Shown one piece after another: positions 24,146 to 35,298 of a stretch of 57,354 nt of DNA. The stretch spans positions 489,541-546,894 of the forward strand of contig RQSC01000015.1 in assembly GCA_013416795.1 (NCBI GenBank), given 5' to 3'. Source of the stretch: Prasinococcaceae sp. CCMP 1430. Lineage: Eukaryota > Plantae > Prasinodermophyta. The notes below the pieces were generated by a model that searched no databases, had not been told where the DNA came from, and worked only from the letters and a program-made list of their open reading frames with translations. The stretch's first letter is position 1. Every line of letters begins with the position of its first letter. Both the position numbers and the translations under genes were made by a program.

Positions 24146-24314
24146 GCCTGTGGCCATGTGAGCGCTTGGAAGGTGCATAGCATCGGATTCTTTACGTAAG
24201 GAAGTGCGTCTAATACAATACTTCGGTCGCGGGCGATCTGCGCCGGCGTGTCCTCCAGTGTGCGCGGACGCGCCTGTGTACGCGCGCCCCTCGCTCTTTT
24301 CTTTTCGTATGCGC

Positions 24315-25873
24315 TTATGCGTCAATGTCGAGCTTCACGTACGGGTGGTCCAGGTCGGCGAAGACCTCGACCGAGTCCATGGCGGTCTGCACGTGCGCAC
24401 GGCGTGGGAGGCGTGTTCTGGTCAGCGCGTGTCGCACCCTGCTACCTTGTCTGCGGGCAGACTTTCGGTCTCAACGTGCGCGCAAAACATCGGCGCACGC
24501 GTGCGCGCCGGCGCGCTGGCGCACTCACGTTGGCGCAGTCGGGGCTGCCCCAGTCGTCGTTCCAGCCTGTGGTGCACAGCCGGTGGCCACCGAAGGCCCA
24601 AACGAGGCCATTGCCGTCGGCGATCGCACCGAAACGGAAACGCGCGTGCGCCATCATTGCCTGAGCGCGCGCGTGCGATTGAGCGCGGTGGGGTCAGCGC
24701 GGTGCTGCGCGAGCGCCAGCGCGCGATCGCCCGCCCACGCGCGCACGCCAAGCGCTCTCGCCCCCGCGCGCTCACCTTGTCCTCCCACTCGTCGTGCTCA
24801 ATGTGGTAGACCTCGACGCGGTGGTCGGGGATCTGGTTCTTGTCCTCGCGCGCGTGCGTCTCGCCTCCGAGCACCATGAGCCTCTGGCCGGGCAACGCAA
24901 CGAGGGCGGCGTCGCCGCGCGGGTGGGTCGAGCTCGCGTGCTGCTGCCACTGGGCGGCGCCCGGCGACAGCGAGAAGAGCGAGCCCTGGAAGGTGCTGTC
25001 GCTCTTGGCCCATGCGCCAGTCGAGTCGTAGTAGCCTCCGGTGGCCCAGACCTTGCCAGCCTTTCCGACGCAGCTGATGTCACCGCGCGGCTCGGGGAGC
25101 GAGGGCTCGGTAGCGAACGCGAGCGCGTCGCTCCCGCCGAGCGTCAGCGACTCGACCGTGTCGAGGGTGTCATAGATCTCGGAGAAGCCGCCGACGACGT
25201 AGGCCGTCTTGCCGACGGCAGCCACGCACAGATCCTGGCGCGCGGCCGCCATCGAGGGGCCGGCCGACCAGGTGCCCTCGGCCACGTCGAAGATGATGGC
25301 GTCGGCGTGCCCCGTTCCCTGGTCGGCCTGGAGACCGCCGGCCACCACGATGTGGCCGTCGCCGTGGTCGACGTAGGCGGCTCCCATGCGGTACCTGGCA
25401 CCTCCCGGCATGTCCGGCAGCTGCGTCCACTCCTCGAGCAGCGTGTCGAAGCGCCACGCGCGCGCCTCGACTTCGTTGTCCGAGTTGAGCCCGCCGAACA
25501 GGTACACGTACTCTCCGGTGGGGTCGACGGTCATCGCGAAGTCCGACACGCGCAGCGGCATGCCGCCGGGGAGGGGCGTCCAGGAGCCGCTGCCGCGATA
25601 CAGCAGCTGCCCCGCGGTGTCGGCGTGGGTGCTCAGCCGCGCGCCCTCGAGCGAGGAGATCCGCGAGGCCAGCCCCGCAGTGTCGGCGTCAGTGCCCTTC
25701 TCGAGCGAGTTGATCCGCGAGGCGAGCGTGCCGCACCACGCCAGCGCGCCGACGCACGCGCCCGATGCCCCGAGCAGCGCCGCCCACAGGATCGCGTTGC
25801 TCCCCGCGCGCTTCGCCGGCCCGGGCGCCGACTTGGAGCCGATGTCGATCGCCACCCCATCCGCGCTCGACAT
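24315..25873 (-). CDS. Kelch-repeat beta-propeller protein with N-terminal membrane anchor (exons 25873-24776, 24660-24529, 24386-24315)
   Basis: Repeated GG motifs (YLFGGL, VVAGGL, YVVGGF, WATGGY, MVLGGE, WAFGGH) with spaced Trp residues, a hydrophobic segment [21 protein letters not shown], and frame-keeping GT-AG introns. Confidence 0.9.
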
Positions 25874-25994
25874 CGCGCCTGCCGCGTTCGCAGCCCGCCC
25901 CTCGGTCGCCTCGATCCCACGCCGCAAGTTGCTGCGCCTGCCGACGGCGAGCTGTGAGCAGTGCGAGCCGTGCGAGCTGTGGCATCCCGGCCGC

Positions 25995-25995
<1 letters not shown>

Positions 25996-26082
<87 letters not shown>

Positions 26083-26100
26083 CACACACGCACACACACA
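25996..26100. repeat. (CA)n microsatellite
   Basis: Direct reading. Confidence 0.95.
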
Positions 26101-26389
26101 CTCCGCCGCGGCGCGCGCGCGCGCGCGCGCGGGGAACCGCCCGCGTTCGCCCCGCAAGGCGGAATCCCATAGGTCTAAACAGAATCACATGAGTGTATGG
26201 ATTCCATTTATGTGCTTGTGTTTAACCGAATCCAGATGGAATCCTTATGCGGGCCGCCGCGCGCCGCTCGCGCGGAATCGTCAGATATTTTTCCGACTTT
26301 GTTAGTTTTTTTTTACTTTTTTTTTACTTTTTGACTTTTTTAAAACTTTTTTCACTTTTGTCCGTGTGCGGCAGATTTTTTTGTATGCG

Positions 26390-26625
26390 TGTGCGCGCGT
26401 GTCATTAGGGTCTGAAGAGTCATTTGAAACTCGATTATATGTGTTGGCGTATTGACGGTGAGGTTTGGGTTGTGATGGAAACCGCAAACCCGCGCAATGC
26501 CTGCTTCGTGTGCGCGCGCGCGCGCGCGTTGCGTTAGGGTCTGTAGAAGCGTTTGAAACTCAATCAAATGCATTGACGGATTGACGGTGATGTTTGGGTT
26601 GTGATGAAACCTCAAACAAACCCGC
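26390..26625. repeat. Degenerate ~130-bp tandem duplication with TTAGGGT cores
   Basis: ttagggtctg..tttgaaactc..attgacggtga.gtttgggttgtgatg.aaacc..aaacccgcgcaa occurs twice (~26405 and ~26533). Confidence 0.8.
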
Positions 26626-27142
26626 GCAAGGAGGGCGCCATCAGATCGGCTTCGGCGTCGGCTCTTATCTTTTTTTTTTGTTTTTGTTTTTTTTTAAATT
26701 CATTTTTACTGTAATCTTTATGAATACGGGCGCACTTTCCAGAAACAACGCGCGCCGAAATGTTTTTCATTCGACCTTTTTTTTTTTTCCTGTCCGGCGC
26801 GTGCCCGCGAGGCCCACGTCCTGGTAGCGGGATTTCGACCCGTGCGTTTCGGGACGCGCGCTCGCATCTCGTCGCGAATTCGCGGGACGCAACACGGGAT
26901 AAGACCCGGAATTTCGGCCCGCGCGAGCGCGCGAGGTCTCACTCGGTCGCTCGGTCGGCGCGGCGCGGCGTCGCAACCGGTTCCGAGTCCTGGGTTCGCG
27001 GGACGTCGGCGCGCATCTCGTCGCGGATTTCCGCGGGGTGATCCCAGGATCGGACCCGGAATTCGCGGCGTCAGCCAGCGAGCGCGCGAGCGCGCGCCGA
27101 TCGGTGGGTGGGTCTGCTGCGGGGCCGCCGACCTGCCACACA

Positions 27143-27173
<31 letters not shown>

Positions 27174-27234
27174 TCATCCTTTCCGTACTCTTCCCCCGCC
27201 CGACACCGCCCGCCCGCTCGCTCGGGCGGGGTAG

Positions 27235-28572
27235 GTGGGGGCTGGGAGGCGCGTGCGGGCGCTCCGCGGCGCCGCGGGGCCCTGCGCCGCCGAGCTGCGC
27301 GCGCGGGACGGCGTCGCCGGCGCCGGGGCGTGGGTGTGCGTCCACGGCGAGGTGTACGATGTCGCCCCGCTCGTGCCCAGGCACCCGGGCGGCGCGGCGC
27401 TGCTCCGCCGACACCTCGGCACAGACGCCACGCGCGCCATGGAAGAGCGCGGACACAGCGCCAACGCGTATCGCATGCTCAAGCAGTACCACGTTGGCAC
27501 GTTGGTGCCGCGGCCGCAGCGCAGCTCGCGCAACGAAGGGGGCGCTGATGCGAGGCAGTGCCCGGGCGATGGCGCCGGCGGTGCGGGCCGCTCCGGAGGC
27601 GGCGCCGGTGGCATGGGAGGAAGCGAAAGCAGCGCGCGTGGAGGGAGCGAACCCGCTGGACACTGGGAGATCGGGGAGGCTACCAGCGCGCGGCTGGGCA
27701 TCGACCCTCATCGCGCGCTCGTGTGGCAGGTGGGCGCGCTTGGGGACAAGTACAGCGCGTGGGTGCACACGCCCGAGGACGTCGCCTCGCCGCGTTTCTT
27801 CGTGAGCGGCTGGGCCGAGGCGCTCACGAAGACGCACTGGTGGGCAGTGCCACTCGCGTGGGTGCCCGTGTGCGCGCTCACGGCACTGCGCGCGGCGGCG
27901 ATCGCGGTCGCCGCGGCAGCGTCGCGGGCGTCCGAGACCGGCGCGGAGGAGGGGATCGCGAGGGTCGCTTCCATGTTCACAACCGCGGTATGGGGTGCGG
28001 CCGCGCCGCGGCGCGCCGTGCTGGCGTGTGTGGTCTTCCCGTTCGGGCTCGGTGCCCTCGTGCTCTGGCCGCTTCTTGAGTACGCCGTGCACCGCTTCGT
28101 GTTCCACGCGCGCACGTGCAGCTGGGCAGGCAACACCATGCACTTCCTTCTGCATGGCTGCCACCACAAGCACCCGATGGATCCGCTGCGCCTCGTCTTC
28201 CCCCCAGCGGCTGCCGCGCTGCCCGTGCTGGGACTGCTTGGGGTCGCCGTGCTGCTTGGCGAGCGCACTGGGTCGCCCTCGGCTCGTGCGGCGCTGCTCG
28301 CAGCACACGCGGGCACGGTCGCGGGATACGTCGCGTACGATCTGCTGCACTACCGCCTGCACCACTGCGAGGCCGCCTCCGCCCGCGAGGCCGCGCTGCA
28401 GCGCGGCCACATCTCACACCACTTCAAGGATGGCCGCGCCGCATTTTCGATATCGACGACGTGGCTCGACGCAGCGCTCGGTACCGCGCCGGTGCAGCGA
28501 AAGCGTGCCGGTCGCGGCGAGCAGCGCGAAGGGCGATCGAATGCGGGCGTGCGTCGCCCCGCCTGCGACTAA
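27235..28572 (+). CDS. FAH: Cytochrome b5-fused fatty acid 2-hydroxylase (FAH/SCS7 family); start codon not found
   Basis: WVCVHGEVYDV..HPGG and GHSANAYRML (b5 domain), LTKTHWWAVP, EYAVHRFVFH, HFLLHGCHHKHPMDPLRLVFPP and YDLLHYRLHH. Confidence 0.93.
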   Translation: MGAGRRVRALRGAAGPCAAELRARDGVAGAGAWVCVHGEVYDVAPLVPRHPGGAALLRRHLGTDATRAMEERGHSANAYRMLKQYHVGTLVPRPQRSSRNEGGADARQCPGDGAGGAGRSGGGAGGMGGSESSARGGSEPAGHWEIGEATSARLGIDPHRALVWQVGALGDKYSAWVHTPEDVASPRFFVSGWAEALTKTHWWAVPLAWVPVCALTALRAAAIAVAAAASRASETGAEEGIARVASMFTTAVWGAAAPRRAVLACVVFPFGLGALVLWPLLEYAVHRFVFHARTCSWAGNTMHFLLHGCHHKHPMDPLRLVFPPAAAALPVLGLLGVAVLLGERTGSPSARAALLAAHAGTVAGYVAYDLLHYRLHHCEAASAREAALQRGHISHHFKDGRAAFSISTTWLDAALGTAPVQRKRAGRGEQREGRSNAGVRRPACD

Positions 28573-28675
28573 TGACCGAACGAAGTAGGCTTATAATTAA
28601 TAGAGTCGTCATCCATCGCACGCGACTGTCGCGCGCGAGGTGTAGCGGTCGGAGCCACGCGTGCGCGCGCTGCAA

Positions 28676-30309
28676 CTATCGCGAGCGCGATCTCGACCTC
28701 GACTTGGACCTTGACCTTGACCTCGAGCGCGACCTCGACCGCGAGCGCGACCTCGACCTCGAGCGCGAACTGTACGACCTCGACCTGGACCGTGAGCTGT
28801 ACGATCTCGACCTCGAGCGGGAGCTGTACGACCTCGACCTCGACCGCGATCGCGAGCTAAAGCTATCCGAGGTATAGCTGCCCCCAGAGCCGCGCGACCG
28901 CGACCTGGATCTCGAGCGCGATCTCGAGCGCGAGCTGCCCGACGTGTAGCTACTCCCTGACGTATAGCTGCTGTAGCTACCCCGCGAGGTATACGAGTCG
29001 GAGCTGCGGCTATAGCTGCGGCGGCTGCGGCCGCGGCTACGCCGACGTGGACTGCGGCTCCTGCTCCTGCTCCTGCTCGTGCTGCGGCTGCGGCTTCGGC
29101 TGCGGCTGCGGCTGCGGCTGCGGCTGCGGCTGCGGCTGCGGTCGCTCTTTGCCGCCCCATCACGCGGTGAGCGCTCGCGCTCGCGCCCCTCTCTACTTCC
29201 TTTCCGCCGCGGTGACGCCGAACGCTCGCGCTCGCGCTTCTGCCTGCGCGCGGCCCGCTCCTTCTCGCGCGCCTCCCGCGCGCGCTCACGCTCGCGCGCC
29301 TGAGCTGCCTCGCGCCGCTCGGCCTTCTTGCGCGCCTGCAGCTCACGGTCGAAGGCCTCACCCTCTTTGATGTCGTCGCGCATGCGCAGCGCCCCGCGGA
29401 ATCGATCGAGCTCGGCGCGCTTGCGCGCTGCCGTGCCGTGCGTGCCCGCTCCTGCGCCGGTGTGCCTCACATCGCCCCTCCCGCCGCGGCGGGGACTGCG
29501 CGCGCGCGGCGCAGCGGATGCGAGGGCAGGACCCGCTCCATCCTCGCCCCCTCCGGCGCCGGCCTCAAGCGCGGTCGCCTTCTCCTGCTCCCGCGCTGCC
29601 GCCGCCGCCTTGGCGGCCTCGGCGCGCTCGCGCTCGGCCTCCTCCTCGCGTTCGAGCGCCGCATACAGGCGCTTGCGCTCCTCGTCGACGCGCCGCTCGA
29701 TCTCGTCATCCGGAAGGCTGTAAGCGACGCAGCGAGCGGGTGCGCGGGTGTGCACGTATGTTTGCGTATGGAGCGGGCGCGTCAGCGTCTGTTCGTGGCC
29801 ACGGGCACACGCCGCGCGGGGTGAACCCTAACCTCGCTGACACGGGCGCTAATCGTCACGGGCAGCGCATGGGGCGCGCACGCGCGCGCGCGTGCATGTG
29901 CCACGCGCGCGCATGCGCGCACACACACAAACAGCACGCGCGCGCGCACAAGCTCGTGCGCGGGCACGCGCGCGCGCACGGTACTCTCTCTCCCACGCCA
30001 CCTCGTCCGCACTCCTCACGGGACGCGCGGCACGCGTGTGCGCACGCACCCTTTCTCCTCGAGCTCGTCGGTAAGCTTCAAGAGCTTGAGCTCGACCTGG
30101 CGCTTGCGGTCGTGGCGCAGAATATCGGCGTTGGGCGCGCGCGCGCCGCCGCCGCGCTGCGCGCGCACAAGTCCCTCGCCGCCGTCCGAGCGGTAGCGGC
30201 CGTCGACGCCGCCGCGGCCCGCGCGCCGGCGGTGCGCGAACTTGTTGGCGACGACGTAGCCGTTGGTGCCGCTGCCGCGCGCGCTGCCGATGCCGATGCC
30301 GTTGTACAT
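28676..30309 (-). CDS. CWC21: Pre-mRNA splicing factor CWC21/SRRM2-like with RS-rich tail (exons 30309-30050, 29717-28676)
   Basis: MYNGIGIGSARGSGTNGYV, NADILRHDRKRQVELKL and G|LPDDEIERRV, followed by a long SR dipeptide C-terminus. The phase-2 intron keeps frame. Confidence 0.95.
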
Positions 30310-31960
30310 CGCGCGCAGCCGGAGCGGCGCCGCGCACCCGAGGGACGGAACGCGTCGACGGCGTCGACGCGAACGGGCGGGCGAGAGCGGGGCGCCGACA
30401 CCCCCTCACCAACGTCCCGCCCCCCCCTCGCCCCCGCCAGCGCGCTCTTTCGCGCGCCGCGGTACGCCGCGCGGCCGTGCACTCGCCATCGCCGAGTATC
30501 TTGGTCCACCAGGCGTAGCCGGGCCCTTGCAGCCCGCCTCCACGGCAGCGGCAACCGCCGCAACCCACCCCGCGGCAGCAGCAGCCGCCGCCGCAACCAC
30601 CCACCCGCTCGCCCTGTGGCGCACCCCCGCGCGAGGCCCCCCTCCCACCTCACAGCACCCATTGGCGCACGCCGCCGACACCCCCATTTTCTTTTTTTCT
30701 TTTTTTCTTTTTCTTTTCTTCATTTTTCTTTGCTTTTTTTTATTATTTTTATTTTTCTTCGGGGCGGGGTGGACAAAAGGCACCGTCTTTTTCTTTTCTT
30801 TTTCTTTTCTTTTCTTTTCTTTTTTGCGCTGGGTGGGATGAACGAAAGGCACGGGTTTTTGTTTTTGAAGCTTCGTATCAAAACGAATCGATTTCGACCG
30901 CGCCGTCGGCGCGCGCGACGAAATCGCTCGCCCGTGGGCAAATATTTGGTTCCCGGTTTTTTCTTTTTAATTTTAATTTTACTGTACTGTAAGTGTAATT
31001 AATTAATTAAGGTTTTTCCCGCGGTTCCCCGAACGACGGCGACCGAGCGCGTGCGCGCGCGCCCGTGCGCGGTAGGTATCCCTGCGCCCGCGAGCAGCGT
31101 ACTGGCATGCCGCCCAGCCAGCACGATGCCGGATCCGACCGAGGACAACAAGCATGGATGGGCGTCCTCGCTCGAGCTCGCCCGTCCCTCTTTCCAACCA
31201 GAGCTCCTCGCCGCGGCAAAAGTACAGAAGAGGCTTCTCAAAGACCACAGTCACACGCCGCCGGCCTGCCGTGAAGGGGTGTGCTCCTCGCCGCGCCGCT
31301 GCGAACTGTCTGTGCTGCCCCTCTCTGCTGCGCCCCTCCGTTCGTTCGACGGTGAGCCGGCGGGCGAGCAGCGCGTGTTCGACGTGGGCGCGTGCCGAAC
31401 GGACTCCGCGAGATTGCGACCGTCAAGATTGCCAACGTATCGTGGCCGGTGATTCGGGCCCGGAAGCGCATGCTGTAGGTAAGTGCTGTGCACTGGTAGG
31501 GGCGATCCGGGAAAGGATTACAAAGAGGCACGCCAAAGAGGCGCGCCAGCCAGAAGGGGTGCGCTGGTGCGGTGTGTGTGTTTGTGCGGGGAGGGGCGGC
31601 GTTGCAGTGCCGATATGTCGGCATCAGGGGCGTGTATAACTCCGCCGAGGGGCGGCCCATCTTCGAGGCGAGTGTGGGCGGGGAGGGGCGTCAGACCGCA
31701 CCGCGTGCGGCGCGCCGGCGGACCCGCGGCGCTCGCTCGGGAGCTCCGAGGGGGGCGTGCGCCCGCCGGCCCGCGCCGAACGCCTCGGCGCGGCGCGCAA
31801 GGCACAAGTTTGCGCGTGGACGCGCGAGCGCGATTGGCGCCCGCTGCGGGCGGGGCTGCACACTTCCGAGTGCGGCGTGCACTGCTGCCGCACGCACGCG
31901 CGAGGGACTGGGGCACACAGGGGCGCGCCGCGTTCGCTCCCGAGTCGCGTGCGCGAAGGC

Positions 31961-34900
31961 ATGCCTCGCGACGGGGACGCGCTCGTGCCGGCGCTGTGCG
32001 CTGCGGCAGGCGCTGTCGGTGTCGGCGTGCGGCGAGTGCTCGCGCATGCCAAGGAACAGGAGGGATGGCGAGCGCCTGCCACCCGCGCGGGCTCCGGCCA
32101 TAGCAAAGGCACCGCGACCGCGGACTCGCCTCGGTCACCCACAGACCTGCCAGGACGTGTGGGGGGTGGCGTTGAGTACTCTGCGCACGACCACCGCACC
32201 GTGGCGCGCTCCTCGAACGGCGGCGACAGGAAGCCAACACGTCGCATATCGCTAGTCGACCAGCTGCCGCGGCTGGAGAAACACCTGGACGCACTCGCGT
32301 GCGTCACGGCGTCGCAGCAGGGGGCGGCTGCCAAGTTGCGCGCCCTTTTCATCTGCCTGCGCTCGGCGGCGGCTGAGCTGGCGGGTGCCGACCGCGCGTC
32401 GCTGTTCATAGTCGACGAGGACGCAGACACGCTCTGGACGGTGCTTGACAACGGCGAGGACGTTGAAATACCGATCGAGACGGGCCTGGCGGGCGCGTGT
32501 GCGCGCGCCGCCAAGGTGGTCTCAGTGATGGATGCGTACGAGGACGAGCGCTTCGACCGAGGATTCGACAAACGCTTCGGCTACCGCACCAAGTCAGTTC
32601 TGTGCTTGCCCGTCGTGGTCGAGAAGAGGACCATCGGCGTGCTGCAGGTGGTGAACAAGATGCTGGTGCCGGGTGCGTACAAGGAGCCCTCGGAAGTTCA
32701 TGAGCCGACGCCCTTCACCGATGAGGACGGCGAGGTGCTCGCCGGCTTTCTGAGGATAGCGGCTGTGTCGATCTGGACGGCCAAGGGCATGCGCGCTGAC
32801 CAGACTGCCAAGCGGCGCTCAGAGACTTTGCACGGTCTCGCAGAGTCGCTTCTGTCGACGGTGGACGCGCAGCGCCTCTTTGCGCTTCTTACACGCACGG
32901 CCCTCTCGCTGTTTGGGTGCGAGGCTGCCCTCGTGCTATTGGCCGACCAAGGCAAGCAAGAGCTTTACAGCCTCAGAGGCGCTCCCGGGGGGCACGACGT
33001 GCGCGTGCCCCTGTCGACGCCGTGCGTAGCCACCATGGTGTGGGCACGGGCGGAAAACGCTCTCTCGAAAGCGCACGCACATGGCCTGGGCGCGGTGGGG
33101 GGTGTGGATGGGCTCTCAACCATGTGCGTGTGCAACTCCCCCACGGAGCTCGCTGAGCTCGAAGGCGCGTCCGGTGTGTCCATGCTGGACGCATTGCTGG
33201 TCGGCTGCGCGCCCAAGGCCATGGTGTGCATGGCAATCACGCTGCCGCCCAAGAATACAGCCACCGGTACTGTGTCTGGCCGCGTGTTGGGCGTCGTGCA
33301 GGTCTTCAACAAGCGTCGCACCAGCGGCTCCGAGGCGAGGCTGCCGTTGGACGGCGAGGGCCCCAAGGACGACAGCGAGGCCAATGGTCACACCCATCAC
33401 GCCGCAACCGATGGCGCTGCTGCCAGAGCCACAGGCTGGAATGGCCACAGGCGGCACATTTCTGAGCGCTTCAACGACGAAGACATTGAGACCCTTCGGG
33501 CGTACTGCTCGCTCGCCGCACATGGCGTGCAAAACTCAAACGTGTATAGTGACCTCAGCACCACGCGCACGCTCGACATCATGGGCAACGACGACAAGAC
33601 AGGTTCGCACTCTCCGCAAACGTCGCCTCGGAAGGTCGCGGCGCCCAGGCCCCTCAGGGTGCTCGACCGAGCTGCTGTCGGACCGGAGGGGGCCGACGGT
33701 GCCAGCAGCGGTGACGAATGTCGTCAGGTGTCTGCACCTAAGGCCTCGTCGTCAACGTTCTCAAACTCCTCGTTCTCGTATGGCAGTCGGTGCCGGTCGA
33801 TGCTCCCCACCGACGATGAGAACCATGCATCCATGAGAAAGCTGGCAATCAACACTAGGGCAGTCGGCGGACGCACAGATCTCCTCAGTTGGGACTGCGA
33901 TATCCTCGGCATGGCCAAGGAAGAGCTGCCCGAGCTCGTCCTGGCCATGTTCAACACATTTGAGTTGTGCGAGGAGTTCGACATCGAGCGCGAGATCCTC
34001 GCGCGCTTTGTGGGGCGCGTGCTGGACAACTACCGAGACAACCCATACCACAACGCCTACCACGCCGTGCAAGTCGTTCACTCAGTCTTCCTCATTTTGC
34101 TGCACTGCGAGCGCGTCAAGACCTCTCTGTCGAGCCTCGATGTGCTTGCGCTACTGATTGCGGCCGTCTGCCACGACGTTGACCACCGCGGCACCAACAA
34201 TGCTTATCACATGTCACTATGCGACGAGCTGGCGCTGCAGTACAACGACACGAGCGTCAATGAGCAGCACCACTGCAGGCTGACCTTTGCGATCCTCGAG
34301 GTACCGGGATGCGAGGTGCTGCAGAATCTGAGCGTGACTGAGCGGAGAACGGTCCGTGCGCGCTCCAGCCCCTTACCAGCGCCACACGCAGCGACCGGGG
34401 GCGCCATCTTCAGCTTCAACAGAAGCTCCGCAAATGCTGGGGCTGCGAGATGCGCCACCGCATCGCACACCCTGCGGCTTGCCCGCATCTTGATGCCTGT
34501 GCTGACGTCCCCTCCGTTTATTGCGCTGTGTGCTCTCGCCCCGCAGGTGCGCAAGCTTGTGATCGGATGCATCATGTCGACCGACATGTCCCAGCACCAC
34601 AAGGGAATCGCTAAATTGCGCAACCACCTCGAGCACGACTTCTCGCCTGAGTCGATGGACGACCGTCTACTGCTGTGCTCGTCAATACTACACGCGGCGG
34701 ACCTGTCGAGTCCAAGTCTGGAGTTCAAGCTCGCTACGCAGTGGGAACAGAAAGTCACGCGCGAGTTCAAGAAGCAGACGGTCCTGGAGGGGCGCATGGG
34801 CATCCCTGTGAGCGCGCACATGGCCAATACGAACTCATTGAGCCGCGCTTCGAGTCAGATGGGTTTCATCACGCAATTTGCCGAGCCGTTGTGGGAGACC

Positions 34901-35119
34901 ATGGCGCTCATCTTCCCCGAACTGCAGCCGCGCTACCAGCAGCTGCTTCGCAACCTCGACTACTACGCGAGGACCAAGAAGCGCCTGACAGCTCAGCTTC
35001 TCGCGGAGGCTGGGACGAGCGCGCGCGAGCAATCTTCCCCGCCACTACACAGGACAGGCTCCAACGGCAGCAGCGTGTCCGACCTTGCCGACCTGGGCAA
35101 CAGTAGCGACTCGCAGTAG
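31961..35119 (+). CDS. GAF-GAF class I 3',5'-cyclic nucleotide phosphodiesterase (intron 34352-34546)
   Basis: GAF motifs ADRASLFIVD, DAYEDERFD..FDKRFGYRTKSVLCLP, GVLQVVNK and F..EDIETL. Catalytic motifs YHNAYHA, HDVDHRGTNN, STDMSQH, HAADLS and SQMGFI. Hydrophobic N-terminus. Confidence 0.95.
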   Translation: MPRDGDALVPALCAAAGAVGVGVRRVLAHAKEQEGWRAPATRAGSGHSKGTATADSPRSPTDLPGRVGGGVEYSAHDHRTVARSSNGGDRKPTRRISLVDQLPRLEKHLDALACVTASQQGAAAKLRALFICLRSAAAELAGADRASLFIVDEDADTLWTVLDNGEDVEIPIETGLAGACARAAKVVSVMDAYEDERFDRGFDKRFGYRTKSVLCLPVVVEKRTIGVLQVVNKMLVPGAYKEPSEVHEPTPFTDEDGEVLAGFLRIAAVSIWTAKGMRADQTAKRRSETLHGLAESLLSTVDAQRLFALLTRTALSLFGCEAALVLLADQGKQELYSLRGAPGGHDVRVPLSTPCVATMVWARAENALSKAHAHGLGAVGGVDGLSTMCVCNSPTELAELEGASGVSMLDALLVGCAPKAMVCMAITLPPKNTATGTVSGRVLGVVQVFNKRRTSGSEARLPLDGEGPKDDSEANGHTHHAATDGAAARATGWNGHRRHISERFNDEDIETLRAYCSLAAHGVQNSNVYSDLSTTRTLDIMGNDDKTGSHSPQTSPRKVAAPRPLRVLDRAAVGPEGADGASSGDECRQVSAPKASSSTFSNSSFSYGSRCRSMLPTDDENHASMRKLAINTRAVGGRTDLLSWDCDILGMAKEELPELVLAMFNTFELCEEFDIEREILARFVGRVLDNYRDNPYHNAYHAVQVVHSVFLILLHCERVKTSLSSLDVLALLIAAVCHDVDHRGTNNAYHMSLCDELALQYNDTSVNEQHHCRLTFAILEVPGCEVLQNLSVTERRTVRARSSPLPAPHAATGGAIFSFNRSSANAGAARCATASHTLRLARILMPVLTSPPFIALCALAPQVRKLVIGCIMSTDMSQHHKGIAKLRNHLEHDFSPESMDDRLLLCSSILHAADLSSPSLEFKLATQWEQKVTREFKKQTVLEGRMGIPVSAHMANTNSLSRASSQMGFITQFAEPLWETMALIFPELQPRYQQLLRNLDYYARTKKRLTAQLLAEAGTSAREQSSPPLHRTGSNGSSVSDLADLGNSSDSQ

Positions 35120-35298
35120 GGAGGCCAAGTCGGGGAACGTGCATTATGTCGCAACGGGAGCTCGATGTCGATCGTGCGCGTTGCGCAGCTGGACACGAGC
35201 CACGCGCCCACAACCTATGTATTACTTGTATTTTTGTCGAGACACTCGCACGTGCCACGAGCGCCGCGCCACCGCGCGCGCGGAGGCGGCGCGGCCCG

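Noticed and set aside
31051-31452. 133-aa ORF between CWC21 and the PDE
   Set aside because: No recognisable motif and weak codon bias. It could be UTR or an upstream exon and cannot be supported.
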